A stretch of DNA of 26,832 nucleotides from a virus (taxonomy: Duplodnaviria; Caudoviricetes): the IMG/VR virus record IMGVR_UViG_3300037541_000969, positions 1-26,832 of that record, one strand, 5' to 3'. Each line of letters starts with the position of its first letter. Position 1 is the first letter of the stretch. The notes beneath the pieces are model-generated. The model was not told the origin of the DNA and did not search any database. It saw nothing but the letters and a program-made list of their open reading frames with translations. The position numbers and the translations under genes were made by a program. This document shows, in pieces, positions 1 through 8,997 of the stretch.

Positions 1-343
1 CGCATCCGATGGTGTCAATGCAAAGTTCGACATGCTGAAGGACTACACAAAAACCGACGGTTCACCCTTATTTACCAAAGAAACCATCGATAAATTCGAC
101 ACCATGCCGCTTGGCAAACGGCAAGGCATGGTCTCAACGGCTGAATCTCTCATGGATCACGACCTCAAGCGCTGGATGTATCAGACCCAATACAACGCCC
201 AAGCCAACCGCGCCAACGCTAACATGCTCGCCCAGCAACCGGCTCCGAATCAGCAGCCCTACACCGGAGTGCCAGCAGCCGCCCCCACAGCCCAGCCGCA
301 GGCCAATCCCGCCGGCGGGATCAACATGAACTTCGTCAAATAA
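1..343 (+). CDS. Putative internal virion/ejection protein, 3' part (5'-truncated by the window)
   Basis: The frame of ORF 32..343 is open back to position 2. It has a Q/P/A-rich C-terminus and lies directly upstream of two other ejection-type genes. Function is inferred from position. Confidence 0.55.
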   Translation, partial: ASDGVNAKFDMLKDYTKTDGSPLFTKETIDKFDTMPLGKRQGMVSTAESLMDHDLKRWMYQTQYNAQANRANANMLAQQPAPNQQPYTGVPAAAPTAQPQANPAGGINMNFVK

Positions 344-346
344 CAT

Positions 347-1210
347 ATGGACGACCCCCTCCCCTCCGACCTAGACGCCTTCGCCCAGAACTACAATATG
401 CCCGGCGCCGTGCCTCCCCCGCCGGCCAAGGCATCCAAAGGCAACAGCTTTGACTTTGGCAGCATCGTCGTGCAATCCCACGAAGATTTCGCCCGCCTGC
501 CAGAGTCCCAAAAGCAACTCCTGCGAAACATGAAGCAAGGCATCCAATACACCCCGCAAGCCGCAGCCGAATTCGTCGAGACCTTCAACACCCGCGCCAT
601 GGAGCAGTCCACGCCAAAAGCCCAAGCGGAGATGAAAGCGGCCCAACTCTCCGCAGAAAAATCCGCTCTAGAAAAAGCCAAGCTCGAGCAGGAGGCCATC
701 GCCAAGGCCAAGGAGCAAGCCGAGATCGCGACCCGCAAGCAGCTCGTCCTTGAAAAGATCAACAAATACACAACCCCAACAGGCCCAAACTCAACGCTTT
801 TGACAGACCTTGTGGGCAAGTGGGACGGCACGGCCGGCGCTGCGATAGATTCTGCTGGCTGGGATGACCAACGCGCCGCCCAACGCGCCGAGCTTGAGCG
901 CCTCGTCAACAACGATGTCCTGGAGCTCACCAAATTCCTCAAGCCCGTTTCGCAGGACGAATTGAAATTCCTCAAAGGCATGAGCCCCCGCCTGCACCAG
1001 AACGATACCATTTGGAGGGAATACCTCCTCGACGCCAAGTCCCGCATCGAAGGCATGGGCGGATCTGCTTCTGCTCCCCAAGCCGCTCCACAAGCCGCCC
1101 CCGCACAACCCCAGCAACCCGCCCCGCAAAACATTCGCAAAACTCCCGCAGGCGACCTGATCCAACTTCCCAATGGTAAATATTATCCCGCCCAATTCTA
1201 CCGCCCTTGA
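347..1210 (+). CDS. Putative internal virion (DNA ejection) protein, 287 aa
   Basis: ATG 3 nt after the previous stop. Coiled-coil A/E/K/Q-rich middle and P/A/Q-rich ends. Overlaps the start of the giant gene, as podovirus ejection genes typically do. Confidence 0.6.
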   Translation: MDDPLPSDLDAFAQNYNMPGAVPPPPAKASKGNSFDFGSIVVQSHEDFARLPESQKQLLRNMKQGIQYTPQAAAEFVETFNTRAMEQSTPKAQAEMKAAQLSAEKSALEKAKLEQEAIAKAKEQAEIATRKQLVLEKINKYTTPTGPNSTLLTDLVGKWDGTAGAAIDSAGWDDQRAAQRAELERLVNNDVLELTKFLKPVSQDELKFLKGMSPRLHQNDTIWREYLLDAKSRIEGMGGSASAPQAAPQAAPAQPQQPAPQNIRKTPAGDLIQLPNGKYYPAQFYRP

Positions 1211-4200
1211 GGACAGGGAATATTCCCAAGATGAAGTTGACGCTCTAGCAGCCGCCGAGCTGCCGGTGCAGGACGCCCCTATTCCCCCAAACGCCTCTAC
1301 GGCCTCAGCCGCCGCAAGCGGAGCACCTGAACCGACAGGATCTGCCGGGCTGATCACCGGCGAGGGGGCACTTCCTGCCCGCGGACCCGCCATAGGCCCC
1401 GTTGCCCAGCTTGAGGCCCGTGAATACACCACCGAGGAAATCGACCTACTTGAGCGAGCCAACCGACCCAAAGGTTACACTCAAGACGAGGTGGACAAAA
1501 TGGTCATGGAAGCCCTCGAAGATCCAAACTACATCCCGACACGCGACGAGTATTTCGAGCAAAAGGCCACCAAGGAGCGCCTCAAGGCCCAAGGCAAAAT
1601 CCCTGGCAATGGCGAACTCGCAGCCAAGGCCGTCGGCGGGTTGTTCGTCACCGCAGCGGATGTTTTTTACACACTGGCGGTAGACCCAGAGGGAAGCGTG
1701 ACACGCATCCCAGAGACATGGGACCGAATCAAAGCAGACACCCTCAAGGAGCCAAAATCAGAGGCTCTTGCCAAAGCCCCCGCCACACTCCAGACCGGCA
1801 TCGGCCGCGCTGCCTTGAGCGCCATGCAGCTCGGAGGCTGGGCCAAGCAGGCTCTGGAAGGCCAACCTAAATATATCAACGAGGCCACGGGAGAGTTTTT
1901 GTTTGCCGAGGCGCAAAACCCAATGATCCTCGCCGGGTTCCAAGAGCGATATCCAAATCAACCGATCCGCCCAACCAACGAGGAGGATCTGAAGGACTAC
2001 GAATTCAAAAACCATCTTTGGGAAAAAGGCATCGACGCCCAATATCAAGAGCTCGGGCAAAAGACCGCGCCCACCGAGCTACTCACCCGCGTGCTCACCG
2101 GCCGCAACCAGCAAGAGACGCCCATCGAGTCCCAGGCTCAGGTGCTCGAGATCGCCACCGACCCGACCAACATCATCCCTTTCAGCGCCGGTGCAAAACC
2201 CCTCGGCCTCTCCCGAGGCATGAAGATTGTTAGTTCCAAGACCGCCAGCGGCATTGAAAAACTCGCAGGCGGCCTCGTCAAAGGCAACGACGCCCTCGCT
2301 GAACGCTTCGCCAGAGTCGTCACCGAAAAGACCGGCGTCAGCCCGCAAAACATCTCTGCCGCGGCAAACGCCATGACCTTTGGCCGGAATGTCGGCATCG
2401 GCGGCGGTATCGCCATGGGTGCCACAGCCCTCGGAGCCCCGCCAGAAGTCAGCGCCACCATTGCCGGGTTCTACCCCGCCTACAAAGCAGGGCTCGGCGT
2501 GCTCCGCAAGATCGAGACCGGAGCAGGCACCGCTAAAATCATCCTCCGCGAATCCGCCGACGCCACCAATGGCCTGGACCAAGCCGCCCGAGCCGCCGTG
2601 TTGGCCAATCCCGCCGTGCCCTCCATTTTCAAAGAAGTCCTCGAGCGTCCAAGCCAGTTCGTGAGCATCGAGTCCACGCCCGCCCGCCTCGCCGCGAATC
2701 AAGCCCTCTCCCCGCAGATGCGAGCCTTCATGGGCAAGCTCTCGAATCCCGCCATCGTCCAAGCCGTCCGCGGATCCAGCGCCCTCGCTACAGGTGCCGT
2801 GAAAGGTGCCGCAGCCAATGTTCCCTTCGCCCTCCTCGCCGCCAATGCCGGTCAGGATGAAGACGCCGCCGCCATGCTCGCCATGGGCGGCACCTTTGGC
2901 GCCCTCGGTGGGGGCGTGGACCGCTTCACCGGCCTCGCCCAGCGTCGCCAGCAAGCCGCCCTCAGCGATGTGTCCCGCATGCTCGTCGATGTCGAACTCA
3001 ACGGTGGAGATGTCGGAAAAATGATGTCCACGCAGACGCCCGACAACCTCGTCAGGCTCGCCGCCATGCAGGGCACCTTCCGCAACGGTCTCGACTTCGT
3101 TCCCCTTAGCGCCGAGGACTACGACGCCAATGTCGCCGCCCAAGGCGGAGCCGGAACCGCCGGCATGTTTGTGCAGGCCCCACTCGGCGAACGCGCCAAG
3201 GTATTCATCAACCTCGACGCCCGCCGTGGAGGAGTCGAGCCCCACGAATTTGGCCACGCCCTCCTCGCCAGCGGTGCCCTCGACGGCCAGCAGAAATACG
3301 CCGCCCGCGCCTGGGTGGATAAAACCTACGGCCCCGAAGGCGTCCAAGCCCGCGCCACCGAATACGCCAGCAACATCATCCGAGGCAAAAACGCCAGCGC
3401 CTTCCCCGACGGCAACTTCGAGATCAGCCCCGGCACACTCACCGCCGAGATGGAGAACCTCAGTCAAGGCGGACTCGCCCGAGGAGACATGGACGGCCTC
3501 GATTGGGCCCGCGACGAGATTTTCGCCGAGACCTTCGCCAAGGCCAGCAACACCATGGATTTCGCCGCCATCCGCCGAGGAGCCCCCGCCGGCGGCAATA
3601 TGCTCACCTTCGCCGAGAGCGTCCTCGGTGCCCAAGCCCGCGCCCTCAGCGCCAGCGGTGTGCGCATCGACCCCCAGACCGGCCAAGCCCTCGACACCCC
3701 CGGCAGCCTCTTTAAAGAAAACCCCATCCTCGCCACCGACAAGGCCCTCCTCAACCAGCTCGGCACCTACATCAACAACTACCGCCAGTGGGCCAACGAC
3801 CCCACCCACGAAAAGCCCCGCCCAAACCGCATCGCCCCCAGCGGCCGCGCCAGCGACATCGCCAACAATCCCCAGGTCACATTCTACGACCGAGGTGACG
3901 GCGTGCAGGCCACCACCTTCGCCACGCAAGACCCCGCCACCGGCCAAGCCATCCTCCGCGACCAGCGCGACCTCAACCAAGAACACGCCAAGGTCAAAGA
4001 GCAGATCCGAAACATCGTCGGCTCCAAACTCATTCCAGACTCCAACCCCGTCCTCGGCCCCAAGAAGACCGCAGACGGCCGCGTCACCGTGCGAGGCCGA
4101 GTCCTCCCGCCCAGCTTTGATTTCCTCAACGGCTTCATGCCCCACATCCGCGCCTTCGCCCGTCAGTTCGAGGCCCTCGGAGCCGCTGGCGAGAGCATGC

Positions 4201-7103
4201 AGGTCCGCTACCACGCCATCGGCAGCGGAGACACCGGCGCCTTCCGAGTCAACCGCCTCGGCAACCTCGAAGCCATCACCCGCGAAGTCATTCCCTGGGG
4301 ATGGGAACTCACCAAAGCAGGCAACCTCAACGCCACCGTGCTCGACCTCTCGCAATTCCGCAACCGCGCCATGCGAGGCATCGCCGAGCGCAACCCCGCC
4401 CTCGCCCCCTTCGACTACGACATGGGCAAGATCGAAGCCGACCTCAAGACCTACATGGAGAACCACCGGCAGGAACTCCCCGGCAACACCAAGATAGGCG
4501 ACGAGAAGCGAGACGCCATCAACGCAATCCTCGGCATCGCCACCACCAAAAACCGCGAGCGCAACGCCCTCTCCGGCAGCTTCGGCCCCGGCAGCGCCAT
4601 CAAACAATTCCGCCTCGACCGCGTAGACGCCGCCGTAGGCACTGGCCGCACCGGCTTCCACTTCGACTACGACCGCGCCAACCGCAACTTCATGCCCGAC
4701 AAGCCAGCCCCCATGCCGGACTTGTCTCGGGATGTGCCAACGCCTAAAGGTCAGGCGATACCGGATGCTGTTGATATGCCCGTAAAATTAGGCAACCAAA
4801 ATTTTATGCTCCGCCCCGCAGGCATAGTATCGATGCCTGGCCAAGCCTTTCCAGCCTACCACGGCACGCCGCACAAGGTGGACCGCTTCAGCACCGAGAA
4901 GATCGGCACCGGCGAAGGAGCGCAGGCTTATGGCTGGGGGCTTTATTTTGCGGAGAATAAAGGGGTAGCAGAAGACTACCAACGCACGCTCGCAAAGAGA
5001 GCGGGAACGACAGATGCATGGTTTTTACGACCAGTCGATTCAGCTACGGCAAAATACCGTGAGGCAATTAATTATGCCGATGCTGCTCCAATGGCTATCA
5101 GTCAGACAATATCGGCCATGAACGCCACCGAGGCCGACGCGCCTCGCATTGCCAGAGAACTTGCCGCATCTGCACGCAAGCCAGAATACATCAAAGCCTA
5201 CAACGACATTGCCGACATGATTGATTCTGGAGAGGTTGTCGTTTCAATCCCTTCTGGCAACCTCTACACCGTCGATCTTGATGTCAAACTAGAAGACCTG
5301 CTTGACTGGGACAAACCATTCTCCGAGCAGAGTCCGAAGGTGCAGGCGGCGTTGAAAGCGGTGCAATCCGACCACCCGCTTTGGAATGATACCATTTCTG
5401 GGAAAAATGGGAAACCAGTCGGCGGGGCAATATACAAAACACTTACCGCAACTTGGCCAGATGCGGAATTTTCCCGCGATGGAATTGACCCCAAGAAAAA
5501 AGCCTCCGAAGCCCTCCTCGCCGCAGGCATCCCCGGCATCCGCTACCTCGACGGCGGCAGCCGCTCGGTCAATGCTACAGACGACCGGCTTTTAGAACTT
5601 GCCGAGAAAAACAACGGCAACAAGGAAGCCGCCGTCGATGAATTCATGCGAAGTGTCTATGACACTCCCAAGGCCAAGGAAAAAATGCGAAACGACCTTC
5701 TTCGCAATTTTCCAGAGCGCACATACAACTATGTCGCCTTCGACGAAAACCTCATTCGCATCACCGAGGAGAACGGCAACCGCATCCCCGCAGCGGAAGC
5801 TCTCGCCGCGAGAGGCCAAGCCATGCCGGATGCGGTGCATTCTGCGGGATATGCCCTTCCAAAAAAAGTTCCGCAACGAGGCTATTTTTCTATTGGAACA
5901 CTGCCAACAACCGACGGACGCGTGCTGGAGTATCATGTAGACCCAACCACGACAATTCAGCCAAGAGTCGCTGGAATAAACAGCATACGCGGAGAACAAG
6001 TCGCCATGTTAGAGGCCGACAGGCACAATACTCGCGGTGACAACATGGGCGGCCCATTGCATCCTTTTTTAATTAGCAACCAAACCGTCGCTAGATTGCC
6101 TGATGGGCGAGGCTACAAAGCAGTGTGGGCAAATATGAATAGTGCCTTTGTCACACGAGCAAAAAACATCGTTAAAACCACGACTGCAGGCCATGCGCTG
6201 ATTCAGATAATGAAAGAGAATGCACACCGCAGTAATCGCAAGTTCGTAATGGATGTAACTTCAGAAATTGACAAGCGCAGTTCCACTATGTCGAAAGACC
6301 AAGTCGATTTCTTGCATGTAGTGCTGGAACTTGGCGCAATCAATCCTAAAGGCCGAATGAACCAAGCCGCCAGTAAGTTGGAAAGAACAGCCAAGGCGGC
6401 ACTCAATAAGGAAGTGCCAATGCAAGAATTGGCTGACGCGCAAAAAGAATATGATGCGACACTCAATAAGTATCAGCCCATGGTTGAGTTTCTCTCGCGT
6501 TTAAGCCCCTTAAAATCTCACGCAACACGCGGAAGAATGCCTGCGTTTGACAACGAGTTTGCATCTATTCTTTCCAATTACCGAAACCAACCGTGGTTTG
6601 AGTCTATGGCTTCAAAATACCGCAACACAAAATTTGTCGATGAGGCTGCAAGATTTTCGTTCAATCAGCGTGGGGCTGCAATGGATCGCATCACCGGCAT
6701 CCCATTTGCCCCTAATGTAAAGTCTATGCTGAAAAGTTCGATGGACTTTGTAAATGGCCAAAACCTCGATGTTGTCGGAGTGGTGCAATTGTCAAAAGAC
6801 GCAGATGCATTTGCCGTTTACTTTGGGAAAAATTCAAAAGAAGAAGGAAAAATGAGCCCGAATGAAAGATTGCTTCGAAATCAACTTTTGGCCTCTGGTT
6901 CGTTCAAGCCACACCCTTCCTATGATTGGGTCATGCTTGGCCCAGAAAACGCGGACAGCTTTATCCTGGATACACCTGCTGACCCGCTAAAATTGTTTCC
7001 CGATTACGCCAAGAACCACCCAAACAAAAATGTGCGCAAAGGCAGTAAAGAAACAGTTGTCGGGACGATGAAAAAGAGTAAGATTCCTTTAGTTCTCAAA
7101 TGA
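1173..7103 (+). CDS. Large polyvalent virion protein, 1976 aa: zincin metallopeptidase domain, ART-PolyVal-like ADP-ribosyltransferase domain and unknown C-terminal domain
   Basis: HEFGH at 3243-3257 with downstream DEIFAE (3513 on). A/G-rich hydrophobic helices in the N-terminal third. YHGTPH...KIGTGEGAQAYGWGLYFAE...GIPGIRYLDGGSR...NYVAFD (about 4854-5760) matches the ART-like domain of phage polyvalent proteins. Confidence 0.8.
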   Translation: MVNIIPPNSTALEDREYSQDEVDALAAAELPVQDAPIPPNASTASAAASGAPEPTGSAGLITGEGALPARGPAIGPVAQLEAREYTTEEIDLLERANRPKGYTQDEVDKMVMEALEDPNYIPTRDEYFEQKATKERLKAQGKIPGNGELAAKAVGGLFVTAADVFYTLAVDPEGSVTRIPETWDRIKADTLKEPKSEALAKAPATLQTGIGRAALSAMQLGGWAKQALEGQPKYINEATGEFLFAEAQNPMILAGFQERYPNQPIRPTNEEDLKDYEFKNHLWEKGIDAQYQELGQKTAPTELLTRVLTGRNQQETPIESQAQVLEIATDPTNIIPFSAGAKPLGLSRGMKIVSSKTASGIEKLAGGLVKGNDALAERFARVVTEKTGVSPQNISAAANAMTFGRNVGIGGGIAMGATALGAPPEVSATIAGFYPAYKAGLGVLRKIETGAGTAKIILRESADATNGLDQAARAAVLANPAVPSIFKEVLERPSQFVSIESTPARLAANQALSPQMRAFMGKLSNPAIVQAVRGSSALATGAVKGAAANVPFALLAANAGQDEDAAAMLAMGGTFGALGGGVDRFTGLAQRRQQAALSDVSRMLVDVELNGGDVGKMMSTQTPDNLVRLAAMQGTFRNGLDFVPLSAEDYDANVAAQGGAGTAGMFVQAPLGERAKVFINLDARRGGVEPHEFGHALLASGALDGQQKYAARAWVDKTYGPEGVQARATEYASNIIRGKNASAFPDGNFEISPGTLTAEMENLSQGGLARGDMDGLDWARDEIFAETFAKASNTMDFAAIRRGAPAGGNMLTFAESVLGAQARALSASGVRIDPQTGQALDTPGSLFKENPILATDKALLNQLGTYINNYRQWANDPTHEKPRPNRIAPSGRASDIANNPQVTFYDRGDGVQATTFATQDPATGQAILRDQRDLNQEHAKVKEQIRNIVGSKLIPDSNPVLGPKKTADGRVTVRGRVLPPSFDFLNGFMPHIRAFARQFEALGAAGESMQVRYHAIGSGDTGAFRVNRLGNLEAITREVIPWGWELTKAGNLNATVLDLSQFRNRAMRGIAERNPALAPFDYDMGKIEADLKTYMENHRQELPGNTKIGDEKRDAINAILGIATTKNRERNALSGSFGPGSAIKQFRLDRVDAAVGTGRTGFHFDYDRANRNFMPDKPAPMPDLSRDVPTPKGQAIPDAVDMPVKLGNQNFMLRPAGIVSMPGQAFPAYHGTPHKVDRFSTEKIGTGEGAQAYGWGLYFAENKGVAEDYQRTLAKRAGTTDAWFLRPVDSATAKYREAINYADAAPMAISQTISAMNATEADAPRIARELAASARKPEYIKAYNDIADMIDSGEVVVSIPSGNLYTVDLDVKLEDLLDWDKPFSEQSPKVQAALKAVQSDHPLWNDTISGKNGKPVGGAIYKTLTATWPDAEFSRDGIDPKKKASEALLAAGIPGIRYLDGGSRSVNATDDRLLELAEKNNGNKEAAVDEFMRSVYDTPKAKEKMRNDLLRNFPERTYNYVAFDENLIRITEENGNRIPAAEALAARGQAMPDAVHSAGYALPKKVPQRGYFSIGTLPTTDGRVLEYHVDPTTTIQPRVAGINSIRGEQVAMLEADRHNTRGDNMGGPLHPFLISNQTVARLPDGRGYKAVWANMNSAFVTRAKNIVKTTTAGHALIQIMKENAHRSNRKFVMDVTSEIDKRSSTMSKDQVDFLHVVLELGAINPKGRMNQAASKLERTAKAALNKEVPMQELADAQKEYDATLNKYQPMVEFLSRLSPLKSHATRGRMPAFDNEFASILSNYRNQPWFESMASKYRNTKFVDEAARFSFNQRGAAMDRITGIPFAPNVKSMLKSSMDFVNGQNLDVVGVVQLSKDADAFAVYFGKNSKEEGKMSPNERLLRNQLLASGSFKPHPSYDWVMLGPENADSFILDTPADPLKLFPDYAKNHPNKNVRKGSKETVVGTMKKSKIPLVLK

Positions 7104-7333
7104 TGAAGTTCAACCCAAAAGTAGATCATGTGCTAGTGACCGACAACGACGCTGGTCCCGAAGGTTGGGAGCTTGTGCCTGTGCAAGATTTAAATGTTTT
7201 CTACAATCCATCCAAAATGGATGAGGCAGAAATGGCCAACATCATTGAGGACTTTGAGAGTGGCGATGGCAAGCTCATGGATAAAGTAGCTCACTTCGAC
7301 ACCGCTTTAGACCGCGAGTTGGCGGCAATTTAA
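7100..7333 (+). CDS. Small acidic protein, 77 aa; candidate immunity partner of the giant protein's C-terminal domain
   Basis: ATGA overlap with the giant gene's stop, the same lower-GC composition as 5832-7103, and D/E-rich sequence. Confidence 0.6.
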   Translation: MMKFNPKVDHVLVTDNDAGPEGWELVPVQDLNVFYNPSKMDEAEMANIIEDFESGDGKLMDKVAHFDTALDRELAAI

Positions 7334-7378
7334 TCCGCGAAAGTCACACCGCCCACCACTGCTCCGCCTCGCGGCGGG

Positions 7379-8383
7379 TCACAACCCCCAAAACCTCTCC
7401 GCTTCCGCCTGCCGGACTGCACGGGCATAGGTTTTATTGACCATCTGCGGCGACGAGTGCCCGAGGAAAAATGCGGTCTTCCCCGCATCCTGCCACATCG
7501 CCAAGTGCATTGAGGCCGCCGTGTGTCTCAAACAATTTTGCGGCCATTCCTCCCACTTCATTTTCTCTGCCAGCGCCGTCCGCCCGCGCTTGATGAAATC
7601 CTCCTCCAAGCAGTCCCAATCCGCCGGCAGATGCCGCCGCAGGGCAGGCAGAATCGGCACATAGCGCTTCCGAGGCACCGGATCCGTGGACTTGATCTGC
7701 GGCACCAAAATCTCCGCCTCCTCCACATGCTCCGGCTTCGCCCGCCACACCTCGCTCGTCCGCATCCCCCCAAAAACTCCCAGCACCAACCACGCCCGTA
7801 GCCGGTCATTCTGCGCCGTCAAGTCCAGCAGCCGATTCACATTTTTCACCGAGAGCAAATGGTGCTCGGTCGTCCGCGCAGGCACATCAATCTTCAGCAC
7901 CGGATTCCGCTCCGCCAAATCGTAACGCACCGCCCAGTTCCAAACCAGCCGCAAGTAATCGAAGCCCTGCTTCGCCGTCGTTCCGGTCCACTCTGGGCGG
8001 GTAAGGAACCTGTCGATGTGCCCCGGCTTGATGTCGCACAGATCCATCGGCCCATACTCCGCCACAAATTTTCCCCACCACCAAAGCAAAAGCCGCTTGT
8101 GATTTCCCTCCTTTAGCTTCGGCATGCGAACCAGATTAAACTCCCGCCAAACTTGCGCCACGGTCATCCCCGCCGCCTGCTCAAAAGCCTCCGTCCCTCG
8201 GGCCTGTAGCTTCGTCAAAAGAGCATCCCGGTGCAACGACGCCTCCAAGCGAGTCTGAAAAAAAGTCCGTTTCTCAATGCCATTGATTCGTGAAAAAACC
8301 ACATGCTTGGCCTCCCCCCGCACCGTGGCCTCCCGAAGAGTGATCAAGGGCGTGTTGCGTCCTGTTGCGTCCGTTGCGTCCAT
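7379..8383 (-). CDS. int: Tyrosine recombinase (phage integrase), 334 aa
   Basis: Catalytic motifs GMRTSE (R), QIKS (K), NCLRHT (xxxR box), LGHSS (H) and KTYAR (Y). Adjacent to a tRNA-derived att core. Confidence 0.93.
   Translation of the reverse strand: MDATDATGRNTPLITLREATVRGEAKHVVFSRINGIEKRTFFQTRLEASLHRDALLTKLQARGTEAFEQAAGMTVAQVWREFNLVRMPKLKEGNHKRLLLWWWGKFVAEYGPMDLCDIKPGHIDRFLTRPEWTGTTAKQGFDYLRLVWNWAVRYDLAERNPVLKIDVPARTTEHHLLSVKNVNRLLDLTAQNDRLRAWLVLGVFGGMRTSEVWRAKPEHVEEAEILVPQIKSTDPVPRKRYVPILPALRRHLPADWDCLEEDFIKRGRTALAEKMKWEEWPQNCLRHTAASMHLAMWQDAGKTAFFLGHSSPQMVNKTYARAVRQAEAERFWGL
8353..8381. repeat. Three tandem (T)GTTGCGTCC repeats; putative integrase arm-type sites
   Basis: TGTTGCGTCC at 8353-8362 and 8363-8372, GTTGCGTCC at 8373-8381. 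The same motif recurs on the other side of the att core (8571-8589). Confidence 0.7.
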
Positions 8384-8438
8384 TTACCCATTTTCGCCCC
8401 TTTGAACCCATTTGCAACCAGAATCACCCAGAATGAAG

Positions 8439-8481
8439 AAAAGCCCGCCGAACCAGTCTCCATGGGGTTCAGCGGGCTTTT
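8439..8481 (-). terminator. Hairpin downstream of the tRNA fragment; likely terminator for the reconstituted host tRNA (possibly bidirectional)
   Basis: AAAAGCCCGC-CGAACC...GGTTC-AGCGGGCTTTT inverted repeat flanked by A and T runs. Confidence 0.65.
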
Positions 8482-8487
8482 AGAAGG

Positions 8488-8534
8488 GGAGCCGACGACG
8501 AGATTTGAACTCGTGACCTATCGATTACGAATCG
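8488..8534 (-). mobile_element. attP: attP core: 3' half of tRNA-Thr(CGT)
   Basis: The reverse complement reads CGA TTCGTAA TCGAT AGGTC ACGAG TTCAAAT CTCGT CGTCGGC T CC. That gives an anticodon loop with CGT, variable loop, T-arm, 3' acceptor strand and discriminator. No D-arm or 5' acceptor strand is present upstream. Confidence 0.88.
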
Positions 8535-8570
8535 CAGATGGAGGATTGGTTTTCATTGTTTTGCGAGGGC

Positions 8571-8589
8571 GTTGCGCTCATGTTGCGTC
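8571..8589. repeat. Second cluster of putative integrase arm-type sites
   Basis: GTTGCG at 8571-8576 and TGTTGCGTC at 8581-8589 match the 8353-8381 repeat unit. Confidence 0.6.
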
Positions 8590-8595
8590 AAGGGC

Positions 8596-8997
8596 TTAGT
8601 TTTGGCTGAGGGTGGGAAGGGCTTGGCGCATGTAGTGCTGGGCGTGGGGGTGGAGGTAGGCGACTTGCTTGGGCGGGGTGGCGACGGTGTGGAAGTGCTG
8701 CTCTTGCACGGTGCCGTCGAGCCAGCGGGCTCGGAGGATTTGGACATACAGGCCGTTGGCGGGCCAGCTGTCGCGGTAGCAGCGCTTGAGCTCGAGCACG
8801 CAGGGGGTGACGCCGACGACATCGCCGTTGAGATCGATCATGGCGCCGCTGGGGGCGCTGTGGATGGTGACGGTGCGGTCAGTAAATTTGGCTTCCCACT
8901 CGCGTTTGCTGGCTTCGGGGTCGATGGTGCTTTTGGGACCGGCGCAGGCAGTGAGGAACAGGGCCGCGAGGGCGATGAGGAGGAGTGATGTTTTCAT
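8596..8997 (-). CDS. Lipoprotein with PEGA-like domain, 133 aa
   Basis: Signal peptide MKTSLLLIALAALFLTA-C with a lipobox. VTIHSAPSGAMIDLNGDVVGVTP is a PEGA-type motif. Confidence 0.75.
   Translation of the reverse strand: MKTSLLLIALAALFLTACAGPKSTIDPEASKREWEAKFTDRTVTIHSAPSGAMIDLNGDVVGVTPCVLELKRCYRDSWPANGLYVQILRARWLDGTVQEQHFHTVATPPKQVAYLHPHAQHYMRQALPTLSQN

Noticed and set aside
3675-3960. TGQAL and TGQAI as further copies of the GQAxP junction motif
   Set aside because: They lack the following Pro and sit in DPxTG beta-turn contexts inside a domain.
2079-4661. 860-aa antisense ORF and the 455-aa alternative-frame ORF 3130..4497
   Set aside because: Shadows of the strongly C-ending codon usage of the giant gene; low-complexity V/G/A or S/P/T/A products with no motifs.
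7334-7378. Terminator between the convergent 77-aa gene and int
   Set aside because: Only a 6-bp CCGCGA/TCGCGG stem with a long loop and no T run; too weak to call.
8488-8570. Complete tRNA-Thr gene
   Set aside because: Only the anticodon loop to the 3' end is present; the D-arm and 5' acceptor strand are missing, so it is an att core.
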